Source of the DNA: a virus
Taxonomy: Duplodnaviria > Caudoviricetes
Reading direction: 5' to 3' (one strand)
Length of the DNA stretch: 52,686 nt
Virus record (IMG/VR): IMGVR_UViG_3300030333_003828
Span: 1-52,686 of that record
Below are positions 26,118 through 37,131 of the stretch, in pieces. Positions within the stretch are counted from its first letter, which is position 1, and the number at the start of each line of letters is the position of its first letter. Position numbers and translations under genes: made by a program. The notes below the pieces were generated by a model. That model was not told where the DNA came from. It did not search any database and saw only the letters and a list, made by a program, of their open reading frames with translations.

Positions 26118-29100
26118 GAGCTGTATATCCCTCTTCCTTCCTTTTCTCTCTATCCTTTTTAGCCTTACTTAAACCAATCATTGGTAATCCAGTCCATTTA
26201 TCTATTACAGATAAAGGATTATCAATAAGGTTATTTTTAGAACCAAAATCTCTCGCTATCCTTCCAAATGGAAACATTGTATATATATAATAGTCAGATA
26301 CTCTTGACCAATCATCTTCTAGCATAGCTCTCATGGAAGCCATAGGCATTCTAGCGATAGGAGGTGTTATCATTTGCAATGGAGCTACAGCTGTAGGCCA
26401 TTGACCAAAGAAAGCTCTATTTCTTTCTTTTTCATCTCCAAATACCCAATCAGCTGTATCCTGGAACCAGTTCCAAGGAGCTGGCATTGCTGTTTCAAAT
26501 AAAGAATAAGCAAAAGCATTACCAAGAGAGAATACAAATAAGTCCATTTGCATCATTCTTGCAGCTCTTTCAGCTTCAGCTCCTCTAAATCCATACATTC
26601 TAGCTTGTCTTAATGCTTCTTTCCTAAATCTAACTGCATTCCATCCCCATAATTGAAATCTAGTCATAACTTTACCAAGAGCTGTTCTTGCAAACATTGG
26701 TCTATATGGAGCAGAATATAAAAACTGAGTTGCTGCTACACCTTTTTTTGCTAATTTAATTAAAATTGGATGGTCAAAGTCTTTAATAGCACCACCAAAT
26801 TTTCTATACCAATGTAAATAATGAGCCATAAAAGCATCTCTTCTCAAGGCTCTTTCAGGGACAGACATAAACTTAGCTGCAAATTCCATTACAGGTTTAG
26901 TAATTTCACTCTTTTTAGCCATATCAATGACAGACTTTTCACTAAGTTCAGGGTCAGCCCTTAACTTTCTAGCAACACCTTCAATAAATTCTTTATTTTT
27001 AGATGATTGATACTCACGCATCAATCCATATTCTTCCATCATTTGCTCTGGGAAAACACCGTGTTTTACAGCCATATTATCCCTACCCTGCTTAGTAGCA
27101 AATTCAGGGTTAATACTCTCCATATACTTGTTATTTCGGGCAGAACGCCATGTTTCAAAGCCAACAGACTGGATAGTATGCATAGTACCACCAAATATAT
27201 TAGCTACCATAGACTTTGGATGGGCCAATAGTGATGCTAACTCAAATTTAGCTTCAAGATTGCTCCAGTTCCTCATGTCTTCAGCAGTGAAACCTCTTAA
27301 TTCCTTTGGTAAGTCTTTATTTAAAACACCAATAGTTTCAGCAATCTTATTAACTCTGTCTCTAACTCTATTATCTGCCCACCAACCGTATGGAGTTGCT
27401 CTCATTTTCATTTTAGGGTCATTTAATATATGCTCAGGAACTATATCAGGATTCCCAATTGCACCTTGAACATATAATTTCATAAAAGTAGTCCAAGCTT
27501 CTTGCTGTTCTTTGGGAACTTTTCTTTTGTACATAGATTCACCAAATTTATCAATAGCATCTCTACTAAATACTTGAGCCATCTGCCTATAATATGAGTT
27601 AATAATAGATTTAGCATAAGCCATAGGCACTTGTCTATCTAGTGAATATCCTGGGATATGAGCTTCCCTTGACATAGTAGAGCCAGGCTTAGTGATATTA
27701 TTTATCCACCGTATTTTAGCTTCATTTTGCTCCTTTTTAGAGCCAATTTTAGCTTGAACCTCATCTAACCCTTTCCATCCTTCAATATCTTGAAAATTCC
27801 AATCTCCAGTAAGAGCATGATGTCTATATACTATCTTTTTAAGAACATCATTAGTTTCTTTTTCAGATAATTCAGAAGTTCTTAAATTTTTAGCATATTC
27901 TTTTAGACCTTTAAGTGCACTGCCTTTGTCAAAATGCATATGCATCCAATAATTCTCAAAAGGAATCCTACCAGTAGCAGAAGAAGGAGAGTTGTAAAGC
28001 AATTCCAATTCTTCTTGAGTTAAATCTTTATTTTTTCTGCCCATTTCAATCATCATAGAGCGAACAATTTTATTCATCCCATCAACACCAAATTTAGTTG
28101 GTATTGCATCTCCATGAGCAAAAGCTCTTTTCATATCATTAGAAAACTTTTCAATATCTATAATAGGATTTTGCTGCTTTTTATCGTAATAACCTGTTTT
28201 AAATTTCTTTGACAAGGGATGGTTAGGCTGTGTATTAATTAACATATAACCACTATTCTTTTTGCCGCTTGTAAAACCAGGAATACCCTCTATAATAGAT
28301 GTAGGAATAACAGCTACTTGTTCTTTTTTACCATCTATAGTCACTGTTTTAGTCATAGTCTGACCTCGAGCATCAAGTACAACATCACCACTTATATAAT
28401 CTTTAAACATTCTTTCAAAAAATTTAGTATAAGTATCATTAATTCGGTCAATTAATTGTTCTCCAGTAATTCTTTCTCTAACAGGTTGCCCTTCTTTTTC
28501 CACTGTAATATTATATATTTTATTTTTTAAACTTTTTTCATAATCATAAGCTTTAATAATATTATTGTATAAGTCTTTATAATGTTTGACTTCTGCAAAT
28601 TTCTTATTATTATCTTTAGATTTGTCAGACATTATCCTAGAAACTTCTCCAAGTTGTCTTTTTGCGACAGCAATTTCGTGCAGTCCTTTAGAATCTGAAA
28701 TTGTATCTAAAAATATTAAATCCTTTGCAAGTCTATGAACTTCTTCATCACCTTTACCAATAGCCGCATCATTAGTTAAAGACACTCCACTTTTAATCTT
28801 ATCCATGTACTGAGTTGGTGTAATAATTCTACCCATTTTGTTAATACCATCAGCAGTTAAAAACATTCCCTGTTCTTGCATTAAGACTATTTCATCCTTC
28901 ATTAATTCACGATTAATAGTCTCAGGAAACTGCATGTAATGTCTTTCTGATAATTTAGTAAATTCTCCTTTAGACAGACGTTGCCATAATGTCCCTCTCT
29001 TTACGTCATCTAGCCAATTTTTCAAAGCAAACCAATCTGCTTTATTTAGTATATTAATATCTTTACGCAATAGACTACGAACAATGCCACCAAATTCTTG

Positions 29101-32100
29101 CAATACTTTTTTGTTTTCTGTCTTTAAATGAGTTAATATATCATTAATATAACCCTTAGTCTCAGGGTCTAACTCTACTTTTTTAAACTCTTTTACACCT
29201 TCCCAGCCAGTACTTGTAGTGAATATACCTTCTACTTTTTCATTACCTTTCTCTGGGAATCCTTTTTCTATATTTTCTTGTTTCTGTGGTTCTTCAGTAA
29301 TTAATTTACCTTCTTTACGTATTTGCTCTGGAGCCCTCTGTTGAGATGTTTCGCTATAAATATTGAGCATTTCACCTAAAAATGCACTTCTAGACTCCTT
29401 AGGTATAGCAGCACTACCATAACCCAATCTTGAAGAATCTGTTCTAGCTGTTTCTTTGTATAAATCTTCTAATTCTTTCTGTTCTTTATCTGTAAGTTTT
29501 GTTTTTGCTTTTAATTGCTCTAGTCTCTTTAAGTTACCCCTATTTAAAGAGCCTAGCATTAAAGTATCAAATAATTGTTGTTCTAAGGCAGACTTGCCTC
29601 GCTTCCATTTTCTAATAGCGTTATCAATTTGAGCTTGGTCAGCATATTGAGTACCTTCAGTTTTCATCATCTTACGAATAAAAGATTTTTTAAATCGCTC
29701 TACATTAGTTGGGTCTGACTCATTCTTAGCATCTCTCATTAAGTAACTATTAATTTTTAAAGCTTGAACTTCAAAGTTTGTATCTCTAATGATTTTATTT
29801 ATAGCTGCATCAGATAGCTCGGGGTTAGCTTCTTTCATAGCATCAATAATACGAGAAACTCTAGTAACTGTTACAAGATTTTCAATATCTTTCATTACAA
29901 AGTCACCAGCCATTTCTTTTACTTGATTTAATGCTTCAATTCTGTCTTCTATTCGACTGTAATCTTTTTTCTTATCCCATTTAGTTCTTTTCCCACGCAT
30001 AGCACCACGAGTTTTTTCATATTCCATTGGAGTACCTTTAATAATATCATTAAAGATAGCTTCATTTTGTACAGCTCTATCAAATCCAGCAGGGCTTAAC
30101 AAGTCATGCTGGATTGATTTTAGTATATATTTCCCTGTAATAACTCTAAAAGTACTTCTTTGTAATGCCTGTTTAAGATAATCATACTTACCAATAGCTA
30201 AATCATATTGGTCAAATAACTCTTTAAAACGACCTTCAAATTGATTTGTTTTAGAATTATATCGTAAATCTACCTTTCTTAAAGCATTATCAGAATAATC
30301 TAATCCATGTAGCATTTTAGATATTTTAGGAGTAATAGTATTCAGCTGTTCGTCAGGCATTTCTGCCAATTCTTTAGTTAATTTTCTTCTTTCTTCCATA
30401 GACCATTGTCTGTCTTTGGTATAATCCTTACCATAAAAAGCAGAGTTAGCATCAGTTAAAGATTTAATAATACCATTATTCCTGATATAAGTCATTAGTC
30501 GCCCTGTTGGCACTCTCTTAGATGTTTCAATGTTAAAATGAGCATTAACTAGAGCTCGATACCAAAATTGATATCCTTTCATACCAGCATAATCCATTGG
30601 GTCAGAAGATAATCCAATCATTGCTCGAGAAAGTTTTCTAATGTAATCTTTTTGCTTAGCATTTGTCTTGGGCGTTATAGTAATGTCTATAGTATTACCA
30701 TATTTATCTTCTACAGAATATGTATCGCCACCTGTTTTAATCATCATATTGTAAGCAGCAGACAGTAAATTCTTTTGAGTAACAGCAGTACCTAATAAGC
30801 CTCTACCACCGACAGCAGCTTCTGACATCTGCATTCGTACATTAGGAGCATAAACAGCTTCTGGACTATCAATTAAATTCTTCTCTGCTGAAGAATATTT
30901 AGTAGTAAGTAAATCTATAGCCCATTGTGGTTTATTGCCCACTACCTTCCCTTGAGCATCATAATATTCTTCTTTATTGGCCTTAAACATATCCTTCCAT
31001 GACTTTTTAAAACCACCTTTTCCACCCATATAAAAATAGGCAGAATCTCCATCAAGGTCAGCACCGCCTAAAGCTTCCATCGCTCTAGAATGCATAAGTA
31101 TTCCATGTCCTTCTCTACCTGTAAACCCAGAGAACCTTAAAACCTGAGTACCAGATATAGAGTCCATAGGCACTCTCATTACGGCAGACCGAAATGTTTC
31201 TTCTAATTCTTCCTTTACTTCTTTGTTAGGCCTAGTAGAATTTTCGTTCTTTTCATACATCTCCCATAAATCACGTAACTTTTTACGACCAAAAGATTCT
31301 GTCTCTATAAACATATCTTCATAAGCTTTATCTAAAAAGAATAACTCATCATTTTTATCTAGCTCTTTTAATCTTTTATTTACCTTATCTAAGTCTTGCT
31401 TTAATCCTTCATCATAAGGTCTCATTCTTGCAGCACCAGAATTGACTATTTTAGGTTTTGTAGCTTGATTTAAAATATAACTAGACAATACTTTCTGTCT
31501 AAAAGAATTGATAAAGGGGTGAACATATATACCAGCTTCATTTTCTGGCTTATTCTTAGAAATAGCATCAGCTCTTGCGTCAGATATCATTCTATCAGCT
31601 AATGAATTATATTCTTCTAGCTCTTTATTTTGTGATTCATACTGCTTATCAGTTATATCTCCATTCTGATAATCCTCTTCTAAAGACCTTTTTTTATTTT
31701 TTAACATTTCCTGATAGGCTTTATTGATAAATAATTGATTGCCTGATTTATTAAGTGCAGATAGAATTTTAGATAAACCTATACTATTAAAATCTAAAGC
31801 ATCTAACTCTTTAATTAATTCCTTATTTGATGCTGTAGGAAGTTTTTCTAAATACTTTTCAAGTGCTTCATTTCCTTCTTTTGTACCTCTAAATCTTGGT
31901 TCAATGACAGAATCAAAAATATCTTCAACAACTTTTTGCATTCCAGTTCCATCTTTTAATTTAGGACTAAATGCTAAAGCTTCAACGAGGTTGGTAAGTA
32001 TTTGCTTTTTAATAGTCTGAGGCTTAATCATATCTGCCCCTTGCTTTACGCCATAGCTAAATCTAATATGCTCGGGATTTAATTCATATTCAGTGTAAAA

Positions 32101-34677
32101 TTCTCTAGTTCCTTTTTGCTTAACCCCAGATTCATACATATATATATGATGTCCATCAGCTCTCATTTGAGCACTTTGTGCTTTGCCTGCTGGGTGAAAC
32201 ATAAATTTACCTAATAATGCACCATGTTGATTGTGAGGAGATATAATAAATGATTTATTTTGTGTGATACCAGCAAATGTACCAGCATCTAAATTCATAC
32301 TCTCTAGAACATCATCTCTTACTATAAACGCACCATCTGTATCTTGAGGCATCTCAGAGCTTTTCATTTGTTTAGATATTTCTTTTTTAAACTGAGGGTC
32401 TTTTAATATCTGATATATAAAATTACCATCTTTTGATAAGTCATTTATCTTATTTTGATAAAATTCCTTTTCTCCTGGATATGAATCTGTCATCCATACT
32501 TGACTTCTTTTATTCCATGCAACAGCATTATTAATAAAATCTTTAGATAAAAGTTTTCTTACATTGGCAGGACTATAATCTAATCCATTAAGGGACAGAT
32601 TCCATAGTATATTAGACTTAAAAGCTCTATTAAAGTAATCTTTATCTATTCCTTTGAATTTGTTATTAAAATCTAATCTCAATTTATCTATTGTAGCTCT
32701 ATTCAGTCCTAATGTGAGTTCAGACATACTACGTCTGTCTGTTTCAGGGTGAAACTTAGTAAATACAGCATCATCTTTAGCTCCTTTACCTCCAAAATAA
32801 TAAAAATTTTCACCTTTCATAATTTTCATTACATTAGTCAGAGTTTGTCTATAATCTGCTTCTCCCCCAAATTCATTCTTATAAAATGGTTCTTTTCTTA
32901 CTTGACTTAAGTTTAACGCTCTATTATTACCATTCTTATCTTTAATTATTATTTCATCTAATATAGCAGTAGCACGCTCTCTATTCCCAGTAAGACCATA
33001 CAATACATCATCTATAATCTTATATGGTTCAAATCTTAACTTCTTATCACCTGCTAAATTTGAAGGATTATCTTTCCCAATAAACTTTAATCCAGTTCCA
33101 TCTTGATTAATTGTTATTATTTTAACAGGCTGGTCTTGATTTCTTCTAGAAACCCATTGCCTTGCATTTAATTGTAAATTTGATTCGTCTTTAGGATTAA
33201 TAGTAAAGTTATATTCATCCTTTAGCATTTTCTTTAAATCTTTTACAAAAGCTTCGGATTCATTCTGAGCGATTCCAGTCTCTTTTGTTAAAGTATTTTT
33301 AAGAAGGCCACCAATTATTTCTGACAATTCTTTAGTCTTAGAAACTAGCTCTGTTTCACTCGTAATATCTTTAAATATATCTAAACCTTCATTGAGGTTT
33401 CTTTTATTACGTATATGGTTTTTAATTATATTTAACGATTGACCTCCAAGCCTAGCTTGCTCTCCAGATACAGTATCAATCTCTAAATCACTTGTATTTA
33501 ATTCATTTAATTCTTCAAGCTCTTTAATGTCTAATTCTCGAAGCTTTTCAATAGACTTAGTGATTCTTTGACCTTCAGGAGATTCTGGCTTAATACCCAT
33601 TGCTTCTAAGTCCACACCACCCTTTAATGCAAACTCTAGTATAGCAGCTTCATTTTGAGCTCTAACACCCAATTCTTTATTGAACATTTCTTTTACTACT
33701 GTTTTTACTTCGGGAGGTAGTTTTTCATATTTGGGATGCATAGATGGGTCATAAAATCTTTCTAAAGCTTCATTCCCATCTTTTTTCATATCTTTATTAA
33801 ATTCTTCTCTGAATTTACCAGCTTTAGCAATAGTCCATGGCTTTTCCTGTCCTCCAAACCATGCACCCATAACATATTCATATACTTGCTCAGGAGTAGT
33901 CGCTCCTCTCATAGTAGCAGGCAGACCCATAAATAAAGAACCTGCAAGGCTTCTAGCTACTTTAGTTCCAGCTTCACTTCCTGTATTGATAAAGTTACCT
34001 ATACCTCTAAATACTGCACCAGCCTGTGCTCCACCAATAAAAGCAGACATCATTTCATCTATTCCACCTTGCCATGCAGAAACAGCAGATGCTGCTCCTA
34101 GATGAAAAGCACCTTCAGCAATATGTCTAGCTTGATTACCTAGCAAGAAATTTGTAGCCGTTTGAGTAGCCCCGAACTTACCTTTCTGACCCTTATCTAA
34201 GAAAGGACGTATATTCTTTTTCGCAAAATCAGTAGCTTTTTTAGCTGCAAACATAGGAACAGATTTATCATTAAGTTTTCGAGCCATTTGAGCAGCAGCA
34301 AGAAGTGAATTGGTTTGTGCACTAGCTCCAGCTAAACCAACTTTAGCCGCAGCTTTTCCAGCAGCTCCTAATGGAGCTCCAATAATACCAGGAGCAAATC
34401 CTGCTAAATGCCCTAAATTCCTAAATATAGCCTCATATTCATTGTCAGGGGTATCTCCTACATGAAGCGTGGTAAAACCTTCTATAAAACCAGCTCCTAG
34501 GTCGGTTAAAGCGTCAGATAAACTAAAGTCTCCCGCATAAAAGGGGATGTTGTGATATTCAGCATGTTGCTGTAAGGATTGTTTAAATGATTCGGGATAC
34601 GCTTTTGGATTCTTTTTGTAAGAATCTATTACTGTTCTTAGAGTATCAGCATCCCATTTTGGTTGGAATTCAGCCAT
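26092..34677 (-). CDS. Giant putative virion-packaged two-barrel RNA polymerase (crAss gp66-like)
   Basis: MRVP (R1168) ... ALGGADLDGDSAYF (D1207-D1211), upstream TDG (D781) and lysines in QNKSF/LLGKFMF. Gly/Ala-rich ejection-protein-like N-terminus; last gene of the structural arm. Confidence 0.8.
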   Translation of the reverse strand: MAEFQPKWDADTLRTVIDSYKKNPKAYPESFKQSLQQHAEYHNIPFYAGDFSLSDALTDLGAGFIEGFTTLHVGDTPDNEYEAIFRNLGHLAGFAPGIIGAPLGAAGKAAAKVGLAGASAQTNSLLAAAQMARKLNDKSVPMFAAKKATDFAKKNIRPFLDKGQKGKFGATQTATNFLLGNQARHIAEGAFHLGAASAVSAWQGGIDEMMSAFIGGAQAGAVFRGIGNFINTGSEAGTKVARSLAGSLFMGLPATMRGATTPEQVYEYVMGAWFGGQEKPWTIAKAGKFREEFNKDMKKDGNEALERFYDPSMHPKYEKLPPEVKTVVKEMFNKELGVRAQNEAAILEFALKGGVDLEAMGIKPESPEGQRITKSIEKLRELDIKELEELNELNTSDLEIDTVSGEQARLGGQSLNIIKNHIRNKRNLNEGLDIFKDITSETELVSKTKELSEIIGGLLKNTLTKETGIAQNESEAFVKDLKKMLKDEYNFTINPKDESNLQLNARQWVSRRNQDQPVKIITINQDGTGLKFIGKDNPSNLAGDKKLRFEPYKIIDDVLYGLTGNRERATAILDEIIIKDKNGNNRALNLSQVRKEPFYKNEFGGEADYRQTLTNVMKIMKGENFYYFGGKGAKDDAVFTKFHPETDRRSMSELTLGLNRATIDKLRLDFNNKFKGIDKDYFNRAFKSNILWNLSLNGLDYSPANVRKLLSKDFINNAVAWNKRSQVWMTDSYPGEKEFYQNKINDLSKDGNFIYQILKDPQFKKEISKQMKSSEMPQDTDGAFIVRDDVLESMNLDAGTFAGITQNKSFIISPHNQHGALLGKFMFHPAGKAQSAQMRADGHHIYMYESGVKQKGTREFYTEYELNPEHIRFSYGVKQGADMIKPQTIKKQILTNLVEALAFSPKLKDGTGMQKVVEDIFDSVIEPRFRGTKEGNEALEKYLEKLPTASNKELIKELDALDFNSIGLSKILSALNKSGNQLFINKAYQEMLKNKKRSLEEDYQNGDITDKQYESQNKELEEYNSLADRMISDARADAISKNKPENEAGIYVHPFINSFRQKVLSSYILNQATKPKIVNSGAARMRPYDEGLKQDLDKVNKRLKELDKNDELFFLDKAYEDMFIETESFGRKKLRDLWEMYEKNENSTRPNKEVKEELEETFRSAVMRVPMDSISGTQVLRFSGFTGREGHGILMHSRAMEALGGADLDGDSAYFYMGGKGGFKKSWKDMFKANKEEYYDAQGKVVGNKPQWAIDLLTTKYSSAEKNLIDSPEAVYAPNVRMQMSEAAVGGRGLLGTAVTQKNLLSAAYNMMIKTGGDTYSVEDKYGNTIDITITPKTNAKQKDYIRKLSRAMIGLSSDPMDYAGMKGYQFWYRALVNAHFNIETSKRVPTGRLMTYIRNNGIIKSLTDANSAFYGKDYTKDRQWSMEERRKLTKELAEMPDEQLNTITPKISKMLHGLDYSDNALRKVDLRYNSKTNQFEGRFKELFDQYDLAIGKYDYLKQALQRSTFRVITGKYILKSIQHDLLSPAGFDRAVQNEAIFNDIIKGTPMEYEKTRGAMRGKRTKWDKKKDYSRIEDRIEALNQVKEMAGDFVMKDIENLVTVTRVSRIIDAMKEANPELSDAAINKIIRDTNFEVQALKINSYLMRDAKNESDPTNVERFKKSFIRKMMKTEGTQYADQAQIDNAIRKWKRGKSALEQQLFDTLMLGSLNRGNLKRLEQLKAKTKLTDKEQKELEDLYKETARTDSSRLGYGSAAIPKESRSAFLGEMLNIYSETSQQRAPEQIRKEGKLITEEPQKQENIEKGFPEKGNEKVEGIFTTSTGWEGVKEFKKVELDPETKGYINDILTHLKTENKKVLQEFGGIVRSLLRKDINILNKADWFALKNWLDDVKRGTLWQRLSKGEFTKLSERHYMQFPETINRELMKDEIVLMQEQGMFLTADGINKMGRIITPTQYMDKIKSGVSLTNDAAIGKGDEEVHRLAKDLIFLDTISDSKGLHEIAVAKRQLGEVSRIMSDKSKDNNKKFAEVKHYKDLYNNIIKAYDYEKSLKNKIYNITVEKEGQPVRERITGEQLIDRINDTYTKFFERMFKDYISGDVVLDARGQTMTKTVTIDGKKEQVAVIPTSIIEGIPGFTSGKKNSGYMLINTQPNHPLSKKFKTGYYDKKQQNPIIDIEKFSNDMKRAFAHGDAIPTKFGVDGMNKIVRSMMIEMGRKNKDLTQEELELLYNSPSSATGRIPFENYWMHMHFDKGSALKGLKEYAKNLRTSELSEKETNDVLKKIVYRHHALTGDWNFQDIEGWKGLDEVQAKIGSKKEQNEAKIRWINNITKPGSTMSREAHIPGYSLDRQVPMAYAKSIINSYYRQMAQVFSRDAIDKFGESMYKRKVPKEQQEAWTTFMKLYVQGAIGNPDIVPEHILNDPKMKMRATPYGWWADNRVRDRVNKIAETIGVLNKDLPKELRGFTAEDMRNWSNLEAKFELASLLAHPKSMVANIFGGTMHTIQSVGFETWRSARNNKYMESINPEFATKQGRDNMAVKHGVFPEQMMEEYGLMREYQSSKNKEFIEGVARKLRADPELSEKSVIDMAKKSEITKPVMEFAAKFMSVPERALRRDAFMAHYLHWYRKFGGAIKDFDHPILIKLAKKGVAATQFLYSAPYRPMFARTALGKVMTRFQLWGWNAVRFRKEALRQARMYGFRGAEAERAARMMQMDLFVFSLGNAFAYSLFETAMPAPWNWFQDTADWVFGDEKERNRAFFGQWPTAVAPLQMITPPIARMPMASMRAMLEDDWSRVSDYYIYTMFPFGRIARDFGSKNNLIDNPLSVIDKWTGLPMIGLSKAKKDREKRKEEGYTAPTPGTSFY

Positions 34678-34686
34678 TTTATTTTA

Positions 34687-35598
34687 TTATTCATCACCAG
34701 TGTATTGTCTATATAAATCATAAGCAGGACCTGCTGCAAGCAATGGAGCAAGCCAACCTCCCCTTAATGATAGTCCTAGCATTCCTAAGTTACCTAAAGT
34801 TCTTGCATAAGGCCTAGCTTCTTCACCAGCAATGTATTCCCCTGCATTTTCAGCTTGAGACAATGCAGTATATCCTAAAATTCCCAAAGGAGATGTAGCC
34901 TTAATTTTTCCTTTTCCAAAACCTTTAGTCATTTTTTCCCATCTTGATTTAGGTTTTTCTGGCTTAGGAACTACGTCCTTAGCAGGTATTGGCAATGTAG
35001 TACCTTTAGGAGCTTTTGCCTTCTCATATGCTGCCTTATCTTTTTTATATTCCTTCATATCTTCTGCATCTGGCCTAGACAAGTATTGATATAGTCCAAC
35101 ACCACCAGCTAAAGCTGCACCTGGTATCATTTGTTTGAATGAGCTTGCTTCATCTCCTCCAAATTTTTCTATTAATGATTTTTTACTTTTTGGTAAAAAT
35201 CTCTCACCCATAGCAGCCATCATAATACCTTCTTCAGTACCAGAATTTTTACCTTCTGTTACTAAATCTAAAAGACTTTGATAGAGTTCGGGGTCATTCT
35301 TCACTTGGTTTTGTATTTTCTTGTCAGACATGCCTCCAAGAGATAGTTGCCCTAATCGGTTTAATTGCTTTTGATACCTACCTGACTTAACTTGAGCATA
35401 AGCAGATTCAAATCTCTGTAAGTCCTCAGGAGCCATTCTACCGCCCTTAAGTCTAGAAAATTCATTCCATAGTTGAGTTTTGCTTGGCATGGGGACAGAT
35501 AAATCATCTGTCATTGCAAATTGCAATAGATTATTAAAGAATCTTTCATCTCTAGCTTGTCTTACATTACCAATACTTTGAGCTAAATCAAATGCCAT
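34687..35598 (-). CDS. Putative internal virion/ejection protein
   Basis: Gly/Ala-rich hydrophobic segments; lies between the tail genes and the RNAP. Confidence 0.5.
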   Translation of the reverse strand: MAFDLAQSIGNVRQARDERFFNNLLQFAMTDDLSVPMPSKTQLWNEFSRLKGGRMAPEDLQRFESAYAQVKSGRYQKQLNRLGQLSLGGMSDKKIQNQVKNDPELYQSLLDLVTEGKNSGTEEGIMMAAMGERFLPKSKKSLIEKFGGDEASSFKQMIPGAALAGGVGLYQYLSRPDAEDMKEYKKDKAAYEKAKAPKGTTLPIPAKDVVPKPEKPKSRWEKMTKGFGKGKIKATSPLGILGYTALSQAENAGEYIAGEEARPYARTLGNLGMLGLSLRGGWLAPLLAAGPAYDLYRQYTGDE

Positions 35599-36356
35599 TA
35601 ATAACCTCCACCTTCTCTTGTTGGAGCTCCAAATATAGATTGTTTTACTTGAGTTCTAGATGGTAACATTCCATATAACCAAGAAGCTGCATCCATTGCT
35701 TTTCCACCTAGATAATCAGCTCCTCTTGCAGTATCTTTAATTACTCCACCCTCAGTTCCTGGAATCCAGTAATCTGCCGCCTCAGAAAAACTAGGAATAC
35801 TTCCTAATACATTCGAACCAGTTTCTTGTAAATTTTGACCTAATGTTTGTTGTGGCATAGTATTATAAAACCTTAAAAGATTTTGTAATTTTTCGTCCTC
35901 TGTTACAGTAGGTACAAAAGGGTCTGGCTGAATAGAAGGGTCCATGCTGCTTCCAATTTTATATTGCTCATCAAGCTCCCTATCATAATGCTCCTGAGAC
36001 ATAGTATCATATCCTGCATCAATAGAAGGGTCAATAGATTCGCCTGACCGAGCATCTGCAACACCATATTCATCTAAATCTTGCAAAGCAGTCATATCTT
36101 CTTCAGTAGAACCAGCTCTTTTGCCACCATATTTTATTTTGCTAATTAGATTTTTAATAGGATTGACAATTTTACCTCTAGCTGCCTCTCCCTTAGCTCT
36201 GGCTTCTTCAGGGGTTCCTTTAGCTCCAAGTCTACCTGCAAGTGCAGTTCCCAATAGACCCAATGCTGTACCTCTATTTTTAGCAGCTTGCATTTGAGCT
36301 TCAGCCGCAGCTAATTGCGCCCATTGATTATTAGACATATCAAATCTTAAAGCCAT
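35598..36356 (-). CDS. Putative internal virion/ejection protein
   Basis: Low-complexity Ala/Gly-rich sequence; TAATG-coupled. Confidence 0.5.
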   Translation of the reverse strand: MALRFDMSNNQWAQLAAAEAQMQAAKNRGTALGLLGTALAGRLGAKGTPEEARAKGEAARGKIVNPIKNLISKIKYGGKRAGSTEEDMTALQDLDEYGVADARSGESIDPSIDAGYDTMSQEHYDRELDEQYKIGSSMDPSIQPDPFVPTVTEDEKLQNLLRFYNTMPQQTLGQNLQETGSNVLGSIPSFSEAADYWIPGTEGGVIKDTARGADYLGGKAMDAASWLYGMLPSRTQVKQSIFGAPTREGGGY

Positions 36357-37054
36357 TATTGATTACCCCCCATGAATCCACCAAGCCATTGTCCAGTATT
36401 ATCCATAAATTGACCACCTTGCTCAGTACCCAACCAATCTGATACTTGATTGCCTAAGCCACTCCAGAAAGAACCTTGGTTAGCTTGTTGCATATTTTGC
36501 TGATTCATCATTGCTTGATTTTGAGCTATAGCAGATTGTGCTATATTTTCTGATATACCCAGCTGACCTTGGAAAGCTCTTCCTAATAATCCTTGTCCCA
36601 TCTGTCTATTACGGTCCATCTGAGCAGCATATTGGTCTCTTAGACTAGATGCTAAATTTCCTTGTCCAATTCTTCGTTGTGCCTGTAAAATTCCAGAATC
36701 AAGGCCAGACGCTGCAGCCTGTCTTTTATTCATTAAATTTTGAAGAGCCATTTGATTCATTCCCTGCTGTTCCATTCTAGCTCTTTGTTGAACATTAAAT
36801 TGACTATCAGGGTCCATATAAGATTGAGCTTGAGTTTGCATCTGGCTAATCATATCTTGTGCAGGCTTCATATATTCAGCTATTTGCTCTGGAGTAATGG
36901 GATTATATTTAGGTGCTTTTCTTCTTCCTCCACCAAATATAGTATTTATAGCTTTACCAGCCAAAGCTCCAGCTACCTGTCCCCAGAACTGCTTATCATT
37001 GCCAGAAGGACCTGATTGAGTCCAACCATTTATATCGTTTAGTAATTTATTCAT
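36356..37054 (-). CDS. Putative ejection/DNA pilot protein
   Basis: Q/M/N/G-rich helical protein with Gly-rich amphipathic termini. Confidence 0.55.
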   Translation of the reverse strand: MNKLLNDINGWTQSGPSGNDKQFWGQVAGALAGKAINTIFGGGRRKAPKYNPITPEQIAEYMKPAQDMISQMQTQAQSYMDPDSQFNVQQRARMEQQGMNQMALQNLMNKRQAAASGLDSGILQAQRRIGQGNLASSLRDQYAAQMDRNRQMGQGLLGRAFQGQLGISENIAQSAIAQNQAMMNQQNMQQANQGSFWSGLGNQVSDWLGTEQGGQFMDNTGQWLGGFMGGNQ

Positions 37055-37131
37055 AATTCTTTCCTTTTACAGAGAATATATCATTATAATATAACAACTT
37101 ATTTATTATTAAACCAACCATTTTATTAAAA

